From contig CBDUPA010000010.1 in assembly GCA_965368975.1 (NCBI GenBank), forward strand, positions 64,001 to 128,000: a stretch of DNA of 64,000 nt. Reading direction: 5' to 3'. The notes beneath the pieces were generated by a model that had not been told where the DNA came from, made no database searches, and saw nothing but the letters and a program-made list of their open reading frames with translations. The position numbers and the translations under genes are program-made. Position 1 is the first letter of the stretch. Each line of letters begins with the position of its first letter. Shown here piece after piece: positions 50,263 to 62,668 of the stretch. The DNA comes from an uncultured bacterium (GTDB lineage: Bacteria; Acidobacteriota; Thermoanaerobaculia; Multivoradales; JAHZIX01).

Positions 50263-52847
50263 CCCGTGACTTCTCCTCGGCGCCCGCCGCTCGAAACGTA
50301 GGCTCGGTAGAGTTCCAGCGCGGCAGCGCCGTCACCACTCTGCTCACGCACGATCCCCAAGTTCAAGGTTGCCGCCGTCAGGCGCGGCGCGGCACGCTGC
50401 GCCGCTTCGAAGCTACGCCCCGCGGCAGCCGCATCACCCGCACGTTGAAGGGCAATACCGAGGTTGTTGTGCGCCACCGGTAGCAAGGCTGCATCGAGAT
50501 CTCCCGCGACCGCGGCGGCGAGGTCGGACCGCCCGTCGCCACCGGCCAGCAGGCGCGCCGTGCCGCGCACCAGGTGGGCCCGAGCTTCGTCGGTGCGGCT
50601 CAGCGGCAGGCGCAGGGCCGCATCGGCCAGCTGGCCAGCTTGGCGAGCATCGGAGTCGAGAGCCGCCAGAGCTTGTGCCGTGCGCACCATGCCCAAGACC
50701 TGGGAGCGTCGGGCACACAGCTGAACACGGGCGTCGACGCTCAGGCTGAGCAGCAGTTGCACACGCTCACTGCCGGCACCACGCGGGGCGACAGGATTCT
50801 CGTCACGCGCCGGTTCGCAGGCACTCCTCATGGCTTGCAGCCGTGTCACCGCCGCCGCCAGGTCACCGGAATGAGCCAGAATCTCGGCCAGGGCCAGATG
50901 CGGACCGGGCCAGCCCGGGAAACGCTCGACGGCCATCTCCAGGGCGGTGCGCGCCGGTGCTTCCGGCCCGGCAGCAGACCCGGCGGGTCGGGAGAGCCAG
51001 AGCAACTGACCGAGGTTGGCAGCGCCCAACGCTGCCAGATCCAGCGAGGCCACATCCTGCACCGAGCTCCCGGCACCTTGCCCCTGAAGACTTTCCAAGG
51101 TGCGCAGCGCACGTTCCGTCTCGCCGCTCAAGGCATCGAGCACAGCGCTGGCCAGCAACGCCGGCCGATAGTCGCCGCCTTGACGCAGGAGCTGTGCAAG
51201 CTGCTGGCGGGCGGGCTCCACTTCGCCGTCGCGGGCCAGCAGCAAGGCATAGGTAGTGATCAGAGCCTGCCGGGTCGACGCTTCCGCAGCGTCCAGCTCG
51301 GGAAGCAGTTCGACCAGCTGTGTCCGTGCTTCGGCGCTGCGCTGCTGTTGCAACAGCACCAGCACCAGATTGAGGCGCACCGGCAGCCATTCCGGACGCG
51401 CCGTCGCCGAGCCACCGCTCTGCAGCACGCGTCGATAGACAGCTTCTTCAGCGCGCGGGTTCGCCTGCAAGCGCGCCAGCGACGCCAACTCCAGTGCCGC
51501 GGCGGGCTCGGAGGGAGCCAGTTCGAAGGCGTGCTCAATCAGCGGGCGCGCTTCCTGTGGACGCCCGTCCACGCGCAGTTGCCGGCCCAGTGCCAGCAAC
51601 GCTGGCAGGTCGTCCGGCCGCGCGGCGAGGAGTTCGCGCCAGGCCGGCTCGGCCTCGGCAGGGCGACCTCGAGCGGCGTGCACTTCGGCCAGCAAGCGGT
51701 ACGCTGAGACCCGATCGTTACCGTCCAGGTAGCTCAATCCGGCCTGCGCCTGGCGCACGGCTTCGTCCGGCTGCCCCTGCCGGCGTGCAACTCGCGCCAG
51801 GTGCAAGTAGGCCAGCGGCAGAGCCGGATCGAGTTCCAGCGCCCGTCGGTAGGTGCTGGCGGCCGCATCGCCGTCCCCCAGCTCATAGTAGGCGTAGCCC
51901 AGGTGGTACTGAGCGCTGGCATCCGCCGGATCGAGGCGCACCGCCTTCGAATAGGCGGTCACCGCGTCCCGCCACTGCCGACGCTGGAAGTGGCTGGCCC
52001 CCAGGTTGCGATATGCACGCGCGTGGACCGGGTCGACCGCGTCTCCACCGGCGAGAGCCTGGTCGATCGGCGCCAGCGCCACACGATAGGCTCGCTCGGC
52101 TTCGTCGTAGCGTCCCAACTCCACCAGCACCGCACCCAGATTGTAGTGCGCGCGCAGGAAGTCCTCGTCGCGGTCGATAGCTCGCTCGTAGGCCGCGACG
52201 GCATCGTCCAGGCGGCCCTGCTCGTGGTAGGCGTTGCCCAGGGCGTAGAGCACACGCGGCTCGCGCGGCGCCAACTCGCTGGCCCGCAGCAGCGCCTCCA
52301 GGGCCTCCGCACCACGCCCCAGGCGCCGCAGCACCGCGCCCTGGAACAAGTGGAGTTCCGCATCGCGCGGGTGCGACACCAGGGCCCGCTCGACGTGCCC
52401 GAGCGCTTCCTGCGGCTGATCCTGGTCGAGGCTCAGTACCGCCGCGTTGTAGCGCAGACCGCGGTCGTCGGGCTCTTGCTGCAAGCCAGCGTTGAAGACG
52501 GCCAGCGCCTCTGGCTTCTGGCCCTGCTGGAACAGCAGCGCGCCCAGACCCGCGTACGACTCCACGACTCGCGGCGCCAGCTCGATCGCCTCCCGGTAGG
52601 CGGCCTCGGCGTCGCCCGGCCGTCCTCGCTCCTGCGCACGCGTCGCCCGATCCAGCAGTTCGAGAACCACCTCGGGGATGTCGTCCTGCGCCAGGATGGG
52701 CCCAGCAGTCAGGACCGACAAGGGCAAACCAGCCAGCAGCAGCCACAGGACTGCCAGCTGGCTGGCTAGTTCACTTCCTAGCCCCCTAGCGAACCGGCGA
52801 CGGGGCGACAGGAGCGCCGGCCTAGAACTGAACTTCGACGGATCCAT
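50229..52847 (-). CDS. Large exported TPR-repeat protein
   Basis: Signal peptide and more than 10 TPRs (YALGNAY, HYNLG, YRNLG, YHLGYAY, HNNLG). Confidence 0.88.
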   Translation of the reverse strand: MDPSKFSSRPALLSPRRRFARGLGSELASQLAVLWLLLAGLPLSVLTAGPILAQDDIPEVVLELLDRATRAQERGRPGDAEAAYREAIELAPRVVESYAGLGALLFQQGQKPEALAVFNAGLQQEPDDRGLRYNAAVLSLDQDQPQEALGHVERALVSHPRDAELHLFQGAVLRRLGRGAEALEALLRASELAPREPRVLYALGNAYHEQGRLDDAVAAYERAIDRDEDFLRAHYNLGAVLVELGRYDEAERAYRVALAPIDQALAGGDAVDPVHARAYRNLGASHFQRRQWRDAVTAYSKAVRLDPADASAQYHLGYAYYELGDGDAAASTYRRALELDPALPLAYLHLARVARRQGQPDEAVRQAQAGLSYLDGNDRVSAYRLLAEVHAARGRPAEAEPAWRELLAARPDDLPALLALGRQLRVDGRPQEARPLIEHAFELAPSEPAAALELASLARLQANPRAEEAVYRRVLQSGGSATARPEWLPVRLNLVLVLLQQQRSAEARTQLVELLPELDAAEASTRQALITTYALLLARDGEVEPARQQLAQLLRQGGDYRPALLASAVLDALSGETERALRTLESLQGQGAGSSVQDVASLDLAALGAANLGQLLWLSRPAGSAAGPEAPARTALEMAVERFPGWPGPHLALAEILAHSGDLAAAVTRLQAMRSACEPARDENPVAPRGAGSERVQLLLSLSVDARVQLCARRSQVLGMVRTAQALAALDSDARQAGQLADAALRLPLSRTDEARAHLVRGTARLLAGGDGRSDLAAAVAGDLDAALLPVAHNNLGIALQRAGDAAAAGRSFEAAQRAAPRLTAATLNLGIVREQSGDGAAALELYRAYVSSGGRRGEVTGWIETLQRFLP

Positions 52848-54960
52848 AGAACGTCGAGCCGGGCAACTGCATGTCGATCGGCAGGAAGGTTTCCCTGATC
52901 TCTTCGTCGAGCAGGTTCTTGCCGTAGACCGACAGGCGCAGACCGCGCGCAGCCCGGCCGAGGCTGATGGGGAGATCCCAAGACAGGCGTAGATTCACCA
53001 AGGTGTAAGCCTCCAGCACTGCCGGGGCGCGGCCGCCACTGGCGAAGTTCCAGAAGCTGGGCCCCAGCCGCTCGTCGCGCCAGTGTGCTTCGAGAGCGCC
53101 GCTGAAACCGTTGAAGGGTCCAAAGTAGGCGGCCAGGTTGAGCTTGTTCTCGGGCGCGTAGACGAACTCGATCGGACGACCGTCTGGCCCCAGGGCTCCG
53201 GTGTCGCGATCCGCCTCCTGGTAGCTCCAGTTGACCAGCGCCGTGAACTGATCCGACGGTCGCCAGCGCAGCTCCAGCTCGCCGCCCCGCAGCTCAGCGT
53301 CGTCCGGGTGGTTGACGCTCTGCAAGCGCGTCGGACCACCTCCCTGGAAGGAGAGCACGATGAAGTTGCGCACCTCGGATCGGAACAGGTCGAGCTTGGC
53401 AGAGAACTCTGGATTGAAACGGTGTTCGAGCCCCAGGTCGAAGGTGCGGATCTCCTCGGGCTGCAGTCCCGGGTTGGGCTGGAAGTCTTGGATCGTGTTG
53501 AACACCGGACCGAACTGCAGCCCCAGGAAGGCGGCGTCCTGGTACAGCTCACTGAAGTTGGGGAAGCGGAACGCGGTGGAATAGCCACCGCGCAGCACTG
53601 TGCGCTCGCCCGGGTTGTAGACCAGCGCGATGCGGGGCGACACCTCACTGTCGAAGAGGTCGTTGTCGCCATCGTAGCGAGCCCCCAGGATCAGCTGCAG
53701 ACGGTCGTCGACCAGCGAAATCTGGTCCTGCACATAGACCGCCACCTTGCTGTAGTCGAACACTAGCTCGGAACCGCTGGCGGCCGCCGCGGCCGGCGAC
53801 AGCAGTTCGTCGGTGTGATCGCCGGTGTCGACGCGCCGCGCTTCGACGCCGACCAGCAGATTGTGTGCCTCTCCGGCCTTGAACGCCAAGCGGAAGTCAC
53901 CGATCCACTGGCTGCCGTGGTCGATGGTGCCGGTGAAGTCCGAGTTCTGGCCCGCGGCGTGGCACGACGAACACCGCGAACCGCTGCGTTGGGCGTAGGA
54001 AACGTCACCACTGAAGCTGAGATCCGGGCTCCACTCGTGGCTGAACTTGAGCGCCAGGATGTCGACTTCCTGACTGATCTCAGGAGCGCTGGCGAAGCGG
54101 CTACCGGGAATGAAGCCGGGAGAGTCAAAACCTTCGAGGTCGTCCTCGTGGCGGTAGTAGGACAGCTCCACATCCCCTACCCGAGTCTCGAAATTGCCCT
54201 TGATGTAGACGTCCGAGCCCTCCACTTCCGAATCGGCGTCTTCGGCCCAGAAGTTGGGCGGTAGCTGGCCACTGAACAGACGACCGGAGATCAGGATCGA
54301 GCCATTGCCCAGGCTCTTGCCGTAGGTCAGGCCCAGCGAACGGCTAAGCAGATCGCCGCTGTAGAGTTCCAGCTTGCCGCCTTCCAGGTCCTCACCCGAC
54401 AGGGTGACGATGTTGATTACGCCCCAATAGGCGTTCTCACCGTACAGCGACGACCCCGGACCGCGAACGATTTCCACTCGCTTGATGTTCTGCAGCATGA
54501 AGAAGTCGAAGCCCGGATGCTGCGGGAAGCCACCCTTGTTCCAAGAGTTGTAGGGCACGCCGTCGATCAGCAGCAGCACGCGGCTGGTGAAGGGGTTCTG
54601 ACCGAAGCCGCGGATGTCGATCGTCTGAACCATCGGGTTCCAGCGCACATCGACACCGGCCACCAAGCGCAGCAACTCGGGAATGGTACGCGAACCGGAC
54701 TCACGAATCTGCCGCGCGCTGACCACGCTGACCGACCCGGGCACCTTGGACAGTGGCTGCTCGGTCTTGGTTGCGGCCTGGATGGTGAACTCCTCTTCAC
54801 CAAAGAGGCTGACCTCGCCGAGCGTCGCGGTGCCACCCTGCGCCTTGGCGGACACCGGCGTCCACAATGCCAACAGGGCGGCGACCACAGCGGCGGCCGG
54901 CAAGCAGGGACACGAGCCCGCGCGACGCGGACTCCAGAGATTCGAAGACTTGACTGTCAT
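52822..54960 (-). CDS. TonB-dependent outer-membrane receptor with a CxxCH loop
   Basis: Plug (ATKTEQPLSKVPGSVSVV, LLLIDGVP, VEIVRGPGSSLYG, GVINIVT), barrel strands, NLLDE, terminal Phe; RCSSCH at 53959-53973. Confidence 0.92.
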   Translation of the reverse strand: MTVKSSNLWSPRRAGSCPCLPAAAVVAALLALWTPVSAKAQGGTATLGEVSLFGEEEFTIQAATKTEQPLSKVPGSVSVVSARQIRESGSRTIPELLRLVAGVDVRWNPMVQTIDIRGFGQNPFTSRVLLLIDGVPYNSWNKGGFPQHPGFDFFMLQNIKRVEIVRGPGSSLYGENAYWGVINIVTLSGEDLEGGKLELYSGDLLSRSLGLTYGKSLGNGSILISGRLFSGQLPPNFWAEDADSEVEGSDVYIKGNFETRVGDVELSYYRHEDDLEGFDSPGFIPGSRFASAPEISQEVDILALKFSHEWSPDLSFSGDVSYAQRSGSRCSSCHAAGQNSDFTGTIDHGSQWIGDFRLAFKAGEAHNLLVGVEARRVDTGDHTDELLSPAAAAASGSELVFDYSKVAVYVQDQISLVDDRLQLILGARYDGDNDLFDSEVSPRIALVYNPGERTVLRGGYSTAFRFPNFSELYQDAAFLGLQFGPVFNTIQDFQPNPGLQPEEIRTFDLGLEHRFNPEFSAKLDLFRSEVRNFIVLSFQGGGPTRLQSVNHPDDAELRGGELELRWRPSDQFTALVNWSYQEADRDTGALGPDGRPIEFVYAPENKLNLAAYFGPFNGFSGALEAHWRDERLGPSFWNFASGGRAPAVLEAYTLVNLRLSWDLPISLGRAARGLRLSVYGKNLLDEEIRETFLPIDMQLPGSTFYGSVEVQF

Positions 54961-55014
54961 GACAACGCACCTCGATCAGGATTGGAAGATAGAAGAACTT
55001 CTAGTATCTCAAGT

Positions 55015-57363
<2,349 letters not shown>

Positions 57364-57592
57364 CGCACTCCTCTAAGGTTCAGAACCGCAGAATGGTAGC
57401 ACAGGGAGCAGGCGATGGACCCTTCGTGATGAATGCCTCTTTCACCTGCCGGTATGCAGCTGGCGTGGCCCCGTAACCCCTCCGTACTCGCGTTTATCAA
57501 TAGGAGCCTTAATAGGCAACCTACGGAATCTTCGCCATTCGGCATCGCAGGTGCCTACGAGTGATCTTCGACCCGAGAACTGGAGTTTGGAC

Positions 57593-59395
57593 ATGAGAGC
57601 AATTCTGGCCGGAGTACTCCTCGCACTGATCACATCCCCCCTCTCCGGACAGTTGGTGATCGCAGCCAGTGAAACTGACAACAGACTGCTCATCGTCGAT
57701 CAGGTCTCAGACACCATCACGACCATCACACTCGACGAGCAGCCGATGGGCGTCGCGATACATCCATGGTTGCCCATCGGCTTCGTCTCAACGGTCGAGG
57801 GCAATGTTCTTCGAGTCGACTTGGAACCGCCCCAGGCCGTGCTTTCCGTTTCGGTAGGAGGAACACTCGTGGGCCTTGATGTCTCCCCAGACGGATCGAC
57901 TCTATATGTCACCCAAAGCGATACGGACAGCTTGCTCATCCTGAGCACCTCCGATCTCCAAGCTCAGCGACCGCCTCTCACTATCAGTCAGAAACCCGTC
58001 GATGTCACGGCGCACCCCTTCGGAAACATTGCCTACGTGATGAAATACCGAGACCCTGGCGGCTCTCTGTCACAGACCTTGGCTGTCATCGACACGGAGC
58101 AGAACACCGCCAGCGGCTCAGTTGCGACGGGGCTTCTACCTAGGGACCTGGCAGTTTCCTCGACCGGACTCGCGATTACATCCGATGCGGGGAACAACTG
58201 CCCGAGTTCCGGCGGATTCACCGTCTTCGCCACGGCGGCGCCAGCAACTGCGACTACGGTCCAACTTGGGCATGGAACGATGGGCGCGGCTATCCGCGAT
58301 GCCGGCACTGCGATTCTCGGTGTGCCATGTGGAGACCCGAAGGGAATCGCCTACGTGAATCTACAGACTGCAACACTGGAACGACGACTGTTTCCTCAAC
58401 TGGGAGAGGTCAGTGCGGTAGCGACAAACAGCTCCGGTAGCAAGGCCTACGTCATTGGAGCGCGCAGCGGTCAGCTGCAAGAACTCTCGATTCTGGATCT
58501 CCAGGCGGAAACCATCATCAGTACCACGGCACTGTCGCAATTCGAATTGCGCCCTCGATACCTGGCGAGCCAGAAGGGGCGAGTACCACCATTCCTTCTG
58601 CCTCCAATCGGCGGCGACCTGCAGATCACTAGCAAGGAAATCAGCGCGGTGCTCGACCACTCGGAAACCACCTACAATTGTGATCACAACTGCGTAGGAT
58701 GCCCGAAGGCATGCGATGGCCTGGTTACAGCTTTCACAGGCCAACAAGGCAAGATCGAATTCGGTGAGAATCTGGCCCCACCGGGCTACCGTCAAGATTG
58801 CTCAGGAACCCCGTTCACACTGAACAACGCAGTGCAATATTCCGGCACGACTGGCGGCAGTATCAGTACCACCTGCGGTGGGGGCTTGGATCCCGATGCC
58901 CTGCATTTCCTGGACTACGACGGGCACTCAGGGTACGACTTCAAGTACAGTGAAGGTACTCCCATTCTGGCTGCGGCAGAAGGAATTCTCGAAGTTCCGA
59001 CCGAGGACATCATCAATGGAAACCCCGGCGGCTTCAACTCGCTCCGTATCCGCCATAGTAATGGGTATGAGACCTGGTATCTGCACGCCCTGGAAGGCTC
59101 TGAATGCATCTTGTTTCCTAGCTGTCCTCCTGCCCCAGGAGCCTCGGTCGAAGTGAGAGCAGGCCAACAGATAGCCACTATCAGCGACACCGGATTGGCC
59201 TGCACCTGCCCACATCTACACTTCGAGGTTCGCCGCTCATCCGATCAACACATCATCGAACCGTTTGGTTGTACCTCGGAGATCACTGCACAGAATCCGG
59301 ACGCGTGCATCGACTACCTGTGGCGGGATGACGGCATCTACCTGGATGGTTTCGAGAGCGGAGATCTGAACCGCTGGACGCAGGTAATCCCCTGA
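57593..59395 (+). CDS. Secreted YVTN-type beta-propeller plus M23 metallopeptidase, Cys-rich, with C-terminal DGFESGD motif
   Basis: Signal peptide, propeller repeats (VSPDGSTLYV), M23 HSGYD, TWYLH and HLHFEVR, C-terminal IYLDGFESGDLNRW. Confidence 0.85.
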   Translation: MRAILAGVLLALITSPLSGQLVIAASETDNRLLIVDQVSDTITTITLDEQPMGVAIHPWLPIGFVSTVEGNVLRVDLEPPQAVLSVSVGGTLVGLDVSPDGSTLYVTQSDTDSLLILSTSDLQAQRPPLTISQKPVDVTAHPFGNIAYVMKYRDPGGSLSQTLAVIDTEQNTASGSVATGLLPRDLAVSSTGLAITSDAGNNCPSSGGFTVFATAAPATATTVQLGHGTMGAAIRDAGTAILGVPCGDPKGIAYVNLQTATLERRLFPQLGEVSAVATNSSGSKAYVIGARSGQLQELSILDLQAETIISTTALSQFELRPRYLASQKGRVPPFLLPPIGGDLQITSKEISAVLDHSETTYNCDHNCVGCPKACDGLVTAFTGQQGKIEFGENLAPPGYRQDCSGTPFTLNNAVQYSGTTGGSISTTCGGGLDPDALHFLDYDGHSGYDFKYSEGTPILAAAEGILEVPTEDIINGNPGGFNSLRIRHSNGYETWYLHALEGSECILFPSCPPAPGASVEVRAGQQIATISDTGLACTCPHLHFEVRRSSDQHIIEPFGCTSEITAQNPDACIDYLWRDDGIYLDGFESGDLNRWTQVIP

Positions 59396-59426
59396 AACTG
59401 GGCGACATTGAGTCCGGCAGCTACCC

Positions 59427-59469
59427 TTGACATCTCAGCTCAAATGAACCACATTTGTGACTACATTTG
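59427..59469 (+). promoter_or_regulatory. Toxin-antitoxin promoter with overlapping palindromic operator
   Basis: TTGACA (59427)-N17-CACATT; inverted repeat CAAATG-N5-CATTTG and an adjacent TGT-N4-ACA box. Confidence 0.6.
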
Positions 59470-59502
59470 GGGCTGATTGGTGAACACACGAGGATCAAGG
59501 GA

Positions 59503-59844
59503 ATGAGCAAAAGGACCGGGGATCAAGAGCCAGCTCGAAGTCGTGCCCAGAGCAGGAGCCCATGCATCACGGCACGCAAAGTAGGCGTGCGAGAGCTGAA
59601 GTCCCATGCTTCTGAGATTCTGTCTGAGGTTCGGGAACAACAGGCCGAGTACATTGTCACCCACCGGGGGCATCCGGTCGGACTTCTGGTACCCCATCCA
59701 GAGATGCAGGAACTTCCGTTGCAGCAGAACTCGGGTGGCAATGTTGAAGCATGGCAACAGCTGGAACAGCTGGGCCGGCAGATCGGCAAGCACTGGCAAG
59801 GCGATTCGACACCGACCGAGGCCGTGAGCGAGCAACGTCGCTGA
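59503..59844 (+). CDS. Phd/YefM-family antitoxin
   Basis: KVGVRELKSHASEILSEV...YIVTHRGHPVG; exact start uncertain. Confidence 0.85.
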   Translation: MSKRTGDQEPARSRAQSRSPCITARKVGVRELKSHASEILSEVREQQAEYIVTHRGHPVGLLVPHPEMQELPLQQNSGGNVEAWQQLEQLGRQIGKHWQGDSTPTEAVSEQRR

Positions 59845-59852
59845 GAACCGAC

Positions 59853-60404
59853 TTGCCACGAGAATCTTCTTCCTCTGCGGCGCACAGTGACCTCGCCAAC
59901 CTGCGCCTCGAGACCCTGCGCGTGACCGTAGACGCGAGCGTCTTCCTCAATGCCTTCCTGCAAACGGAAAGCGGCTGGAAGACCAGTCATCGGCTGCTCC
60001 AGAGACTGCAGGAGGCAGAGGTTCCGCTTCTCGAGCCGGCACTCGTTCTGCCCGAAATTGCCGGCAGCATCGCTCGAAACTGTCCGGGCTGGGAAGACTT
60101 GGGTGTAGGCTTCACCCAAAGCTTGGCTCAACTACCTCACCTGATTCTCATCCCCATTGACGCTTCCTGGGCTTTGGCCAGTGCACGTGCTGCAGCCAGC
60201 AACCGTTTGCGAGGGGCCGACGCGACCTATGCAGCGGTCGCCCGCCGCTTTGATTCCGTTCTGATCAGCCTGGACCGACAACAGCTGGAACGTACAGCTG
60301 AACTGCTCACAACCACACGACCTGGGCCATTGCTACAAACTCTCTTCGGCGAATCCATGGATGACCAGCCCATCGACTCTGGTGGGCTGTATCCAGTCGA
60401 CTGA
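59853..60404 (+). CDS. vapC: VapC-family PIN-domain toxin
   Basis: VTVDASVFL, LPEIA, LRGADATYAA, LISLD (acidic PIN residues); start TTG 59853 or GTG 59922. Confidence 0.85.
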   Translation: MPRESSSSAAHSDLANLRLETLRVTVDASVFLNAFLQTESGWKTSHRLLQRLQEAEVPLLEPALVLPEIAGSIARNCPGWEDLGVGFTQSLAQLPHLILIPIDASWALASARAAASNRLRGADATYAAVARRFDSVLISLDRQQLERTAELLTTTRPGPLLQTLFGESMDDQPIDSGGLYPVD

Positions 60405-60409
60405 GCTGC

Positions 60410-62668
60410 ATGCACATCCGCCCCGGTAAACCCGACCCGCTGGGTGCTCACTTCGATGGCAACGGTGTCAACTTCGCTCTCTTCTCGTCGGTGGCGGAGC
60501 GCGTCGAACTGTGCTTGTTCGACGCTACCGACACCCACACCGCACCCGACACCGATGCGCCACGGACGGAGCGGCGCCTGACGTTGCCCGCACGCACCGG
60601 GGATGTCTGGCACGGCTACGCGCCGGGCTTGCAGCCGGGACAGCGCTACGGCTACCGGGTCCACGGACGCTACAACCCTGCGTCCGGACAGCGCTGCAAT
60701 CCTTTCAAGCTGCTGCTCGATCCCTACGCACGCGCGCTCGACGGCTCGCTCACCTGGGGACCCGATCTGCAGGGCGACGACAAGCGCGATAGTGCCCCCT
60801 CGGTGCCCAAGGCAGTGGTGGTCGAGGGCCGTGCCAAGCGTGATCGCTCCGCAACCTCCGGCAACCACTTCGACTGGCAAGGCGACACGCCACCGGCCAT
60901 CCCCTGGCACGACTCGGTGATCTACGAGTGCCACGTCAAGGGCATGACGCAGCGGCACCCACAGGTGCCACCGGAGCATCGCGGCACCTACCTCGGCCTG
61001 ACGGCTCCCGCAGTGCTCGATCACCTGCGCCATCTGGGGGTGACTGCGGTCCAGCTGCTGCCGGTGCACGCATTCGTCTCCGAACAACGGCTGACGGAGT
61101 TGGGATTGACCAACTACTGGGGCTACAACACGCTCGCCTTCTTCGCGCCCCATCCGGGCTACGCCCGCGGCGGTGCCCATAAGACACAGGGCAAGCCGCT
61201 GGCCGTCGTCGACGAGTTCAAGACGATGGTGCGCGAGCTGCACCGGGCAGGCTTCGAAGTCCTGCTGGATGTGGTCTACAACCACACCGCCGAGGGTGAC
61301 CACCGTGGTCCGACGCTCAGCCTGCGCGGCCTCGACAATCCAGCCTACTACCATTTGAACGCCGAGAATCCAGAGCACTACCTGAACTTGACCGGCTGCG
61401 GCAACACCCTCGATTTCGGCCACGCGGCGACGCGCCGGCTGGTGCTCGATAGCTTGCGCTATTGGGTGTCGGAGATGCACGTCGACGGCTTCCGTTTCGA
61501 TCTGGCACCGGTGCTCGGACGCGATGCGGGCCTGCGACCAGACCGCTCTCGCCAAGGCGCGAACTTCACCTCGACGGCACGCTTCTTCGAGCTGGTGCGC
61601 CAGGATCCGCTGCTCCAACGCGTCAAGCTGATCGCCGAGCCCTGGGACGTCGGTCCCGGCGGCTACCAGCTGGGGCACTTCCCGCCCGGGTGGAGCGAGC
61701 TCAACGATCGCTACCGCGACACCGTGCGCGCCTTCTGGCGCGGCGACAGTGGTCAGACCGCGGAACTGGCGAGCCGTCTGACCGGCAGCTCGGACATCTT
61801 CAGCACGCGCGGCCCCCACGCCAGCATCAACCACGTGACCTGTCACGACGGCTTTACCCTGCGCGACCTGGTCAGCTATGCCCACAAACACAACCTGGCC
61901 AACGGCGAAGCCAACCACGACGGGCACGGCAACAACCTCAGCTCCGGCTGGGGTTTCGAGGGAAAGACCACCGATCCACGGATCCGCGCCCGGCGTCAGC
62001 GTGTACTGCGCTCGCTGTGGTCGACACTGGTGCTGTCCCAGGGCGTCCCCCTGCTACGCCACGGCGACGAACTGGCGCACACGCAGAATGGCAACAACAA
62101 TGCCTACTGCCAGGACAACGAGATCTCCTGGCTCGACTGGCGCCCGCTCCTGGACCCCGCCTCGCACCAAGAGCAGCGCGAAGCCCAGTGCTGGTGGACG
62201 TTCTGTGTCCGCGCCCTGCGTCTGCGTGCCCAGTTTCGCGTCCTGCGACGACGCGGCTTCTTCTGTGGCTGCGCCACGCTCCCGGGCAGCACCCGCGACC
62301 TCGTCTGGCGACATCCCGACGGCCGCGAACTCGGCACCAGCGACTGGCAGAGTCCCCACCTGCACGCGCTGGCGATGCAACTCGATGGCTTCGCGGCCGA
62401 CGACCATCGGTTGGAGTCGGATACTGTGCCCACCAGTTCCCGCTCCGGCACTACCCTGCTGGCCCTGTTCAACGGCAGCTCAAGGGCCTTGGCCTTCAGG
62501 CTACCGCCAGGACACTGGCGCTGCCTGCTCGACAGCGCGTTCTATCCGCGCCGCCCAAGGCCGGCCGGCCCTGTCCGCGACGGTGGCCCTGTCCGGAACG
62601 GTGGTATCTACGAGTTGGCAGCACACGCGGTGGCGCTGTTGGCGCTGCAGCCCCCCACCATCGGCTAG
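60410..62668 (+). CDS. glgX: Glycogen debranching enzyme
   Basis: GVNFALFS, NYWGYN, DVVYNHTAE, VDGFRFDLA, LIAEPWD, HDGFTL, GNNNAYCQDN. Confidence 0.95.
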   Translation: MHIRPGKPDPLGAHFDGNGVNFALFSSVAERVELCLFDATDTHTAPDTDAPRTERRLTLPARTGDVWHGYAPGLQPGQRYGYRVHGRYNPASGQRCNPFKLLLDPYARALDGSLTWGPDLQGDDKRDSAPSVPKAVVVEGRAKRDRSATSGNHFDWQGDTPPAIPWHDSVIYECHVKGMTQRHPQVPPEHRGTYLGLTAPAVLDHLRHLGVTAVQLLPVHAFVSEQRLTELGLTNYWGYNTLAFFAPHPGYARGGAHKTQGKPLAVVDEFKTMVRELHRAGFEVLLDVVYNHTAEGDHRGPTLSLRGLDNPAYYHLNAENPEHYLNLTGCGNTLDFGHAATRRLVLDSLRYWVSEMHVDGFRFDLAPVLGRDAGLRPDRSRQGANFTSTARFFELVRQDPLLQRVKLIAEPWDVGPGGYQLGHFPPGWSELNDRYRDTVRAFWRGDSGQTAELASRLTGSSDIFSTRGPHASINHVTCHDGFTLRDLVSYAHKHNLANGEANHDGHGNNLSSGWGFEGKTTDPRIRARRQRVLRSLWSTLVLSQGVPLLRHGDELAHTQNGNNNAYCQDNEISWLDWRPLLDPASHQEQREAQCWWTFCVRALRLRAQFRVLRRRGFFCGCATLPGSTRDLVWRHPDGRELGTSDWQSPHLHALAMQLDGFAADDHRLESDTVPTSSRSGTTLLALFNGSSRALAFRLPPGHWRCLLDSAFYPRRPRPAGPVRDGGPVRNGGIYELAAHAVALLALQPPTIG

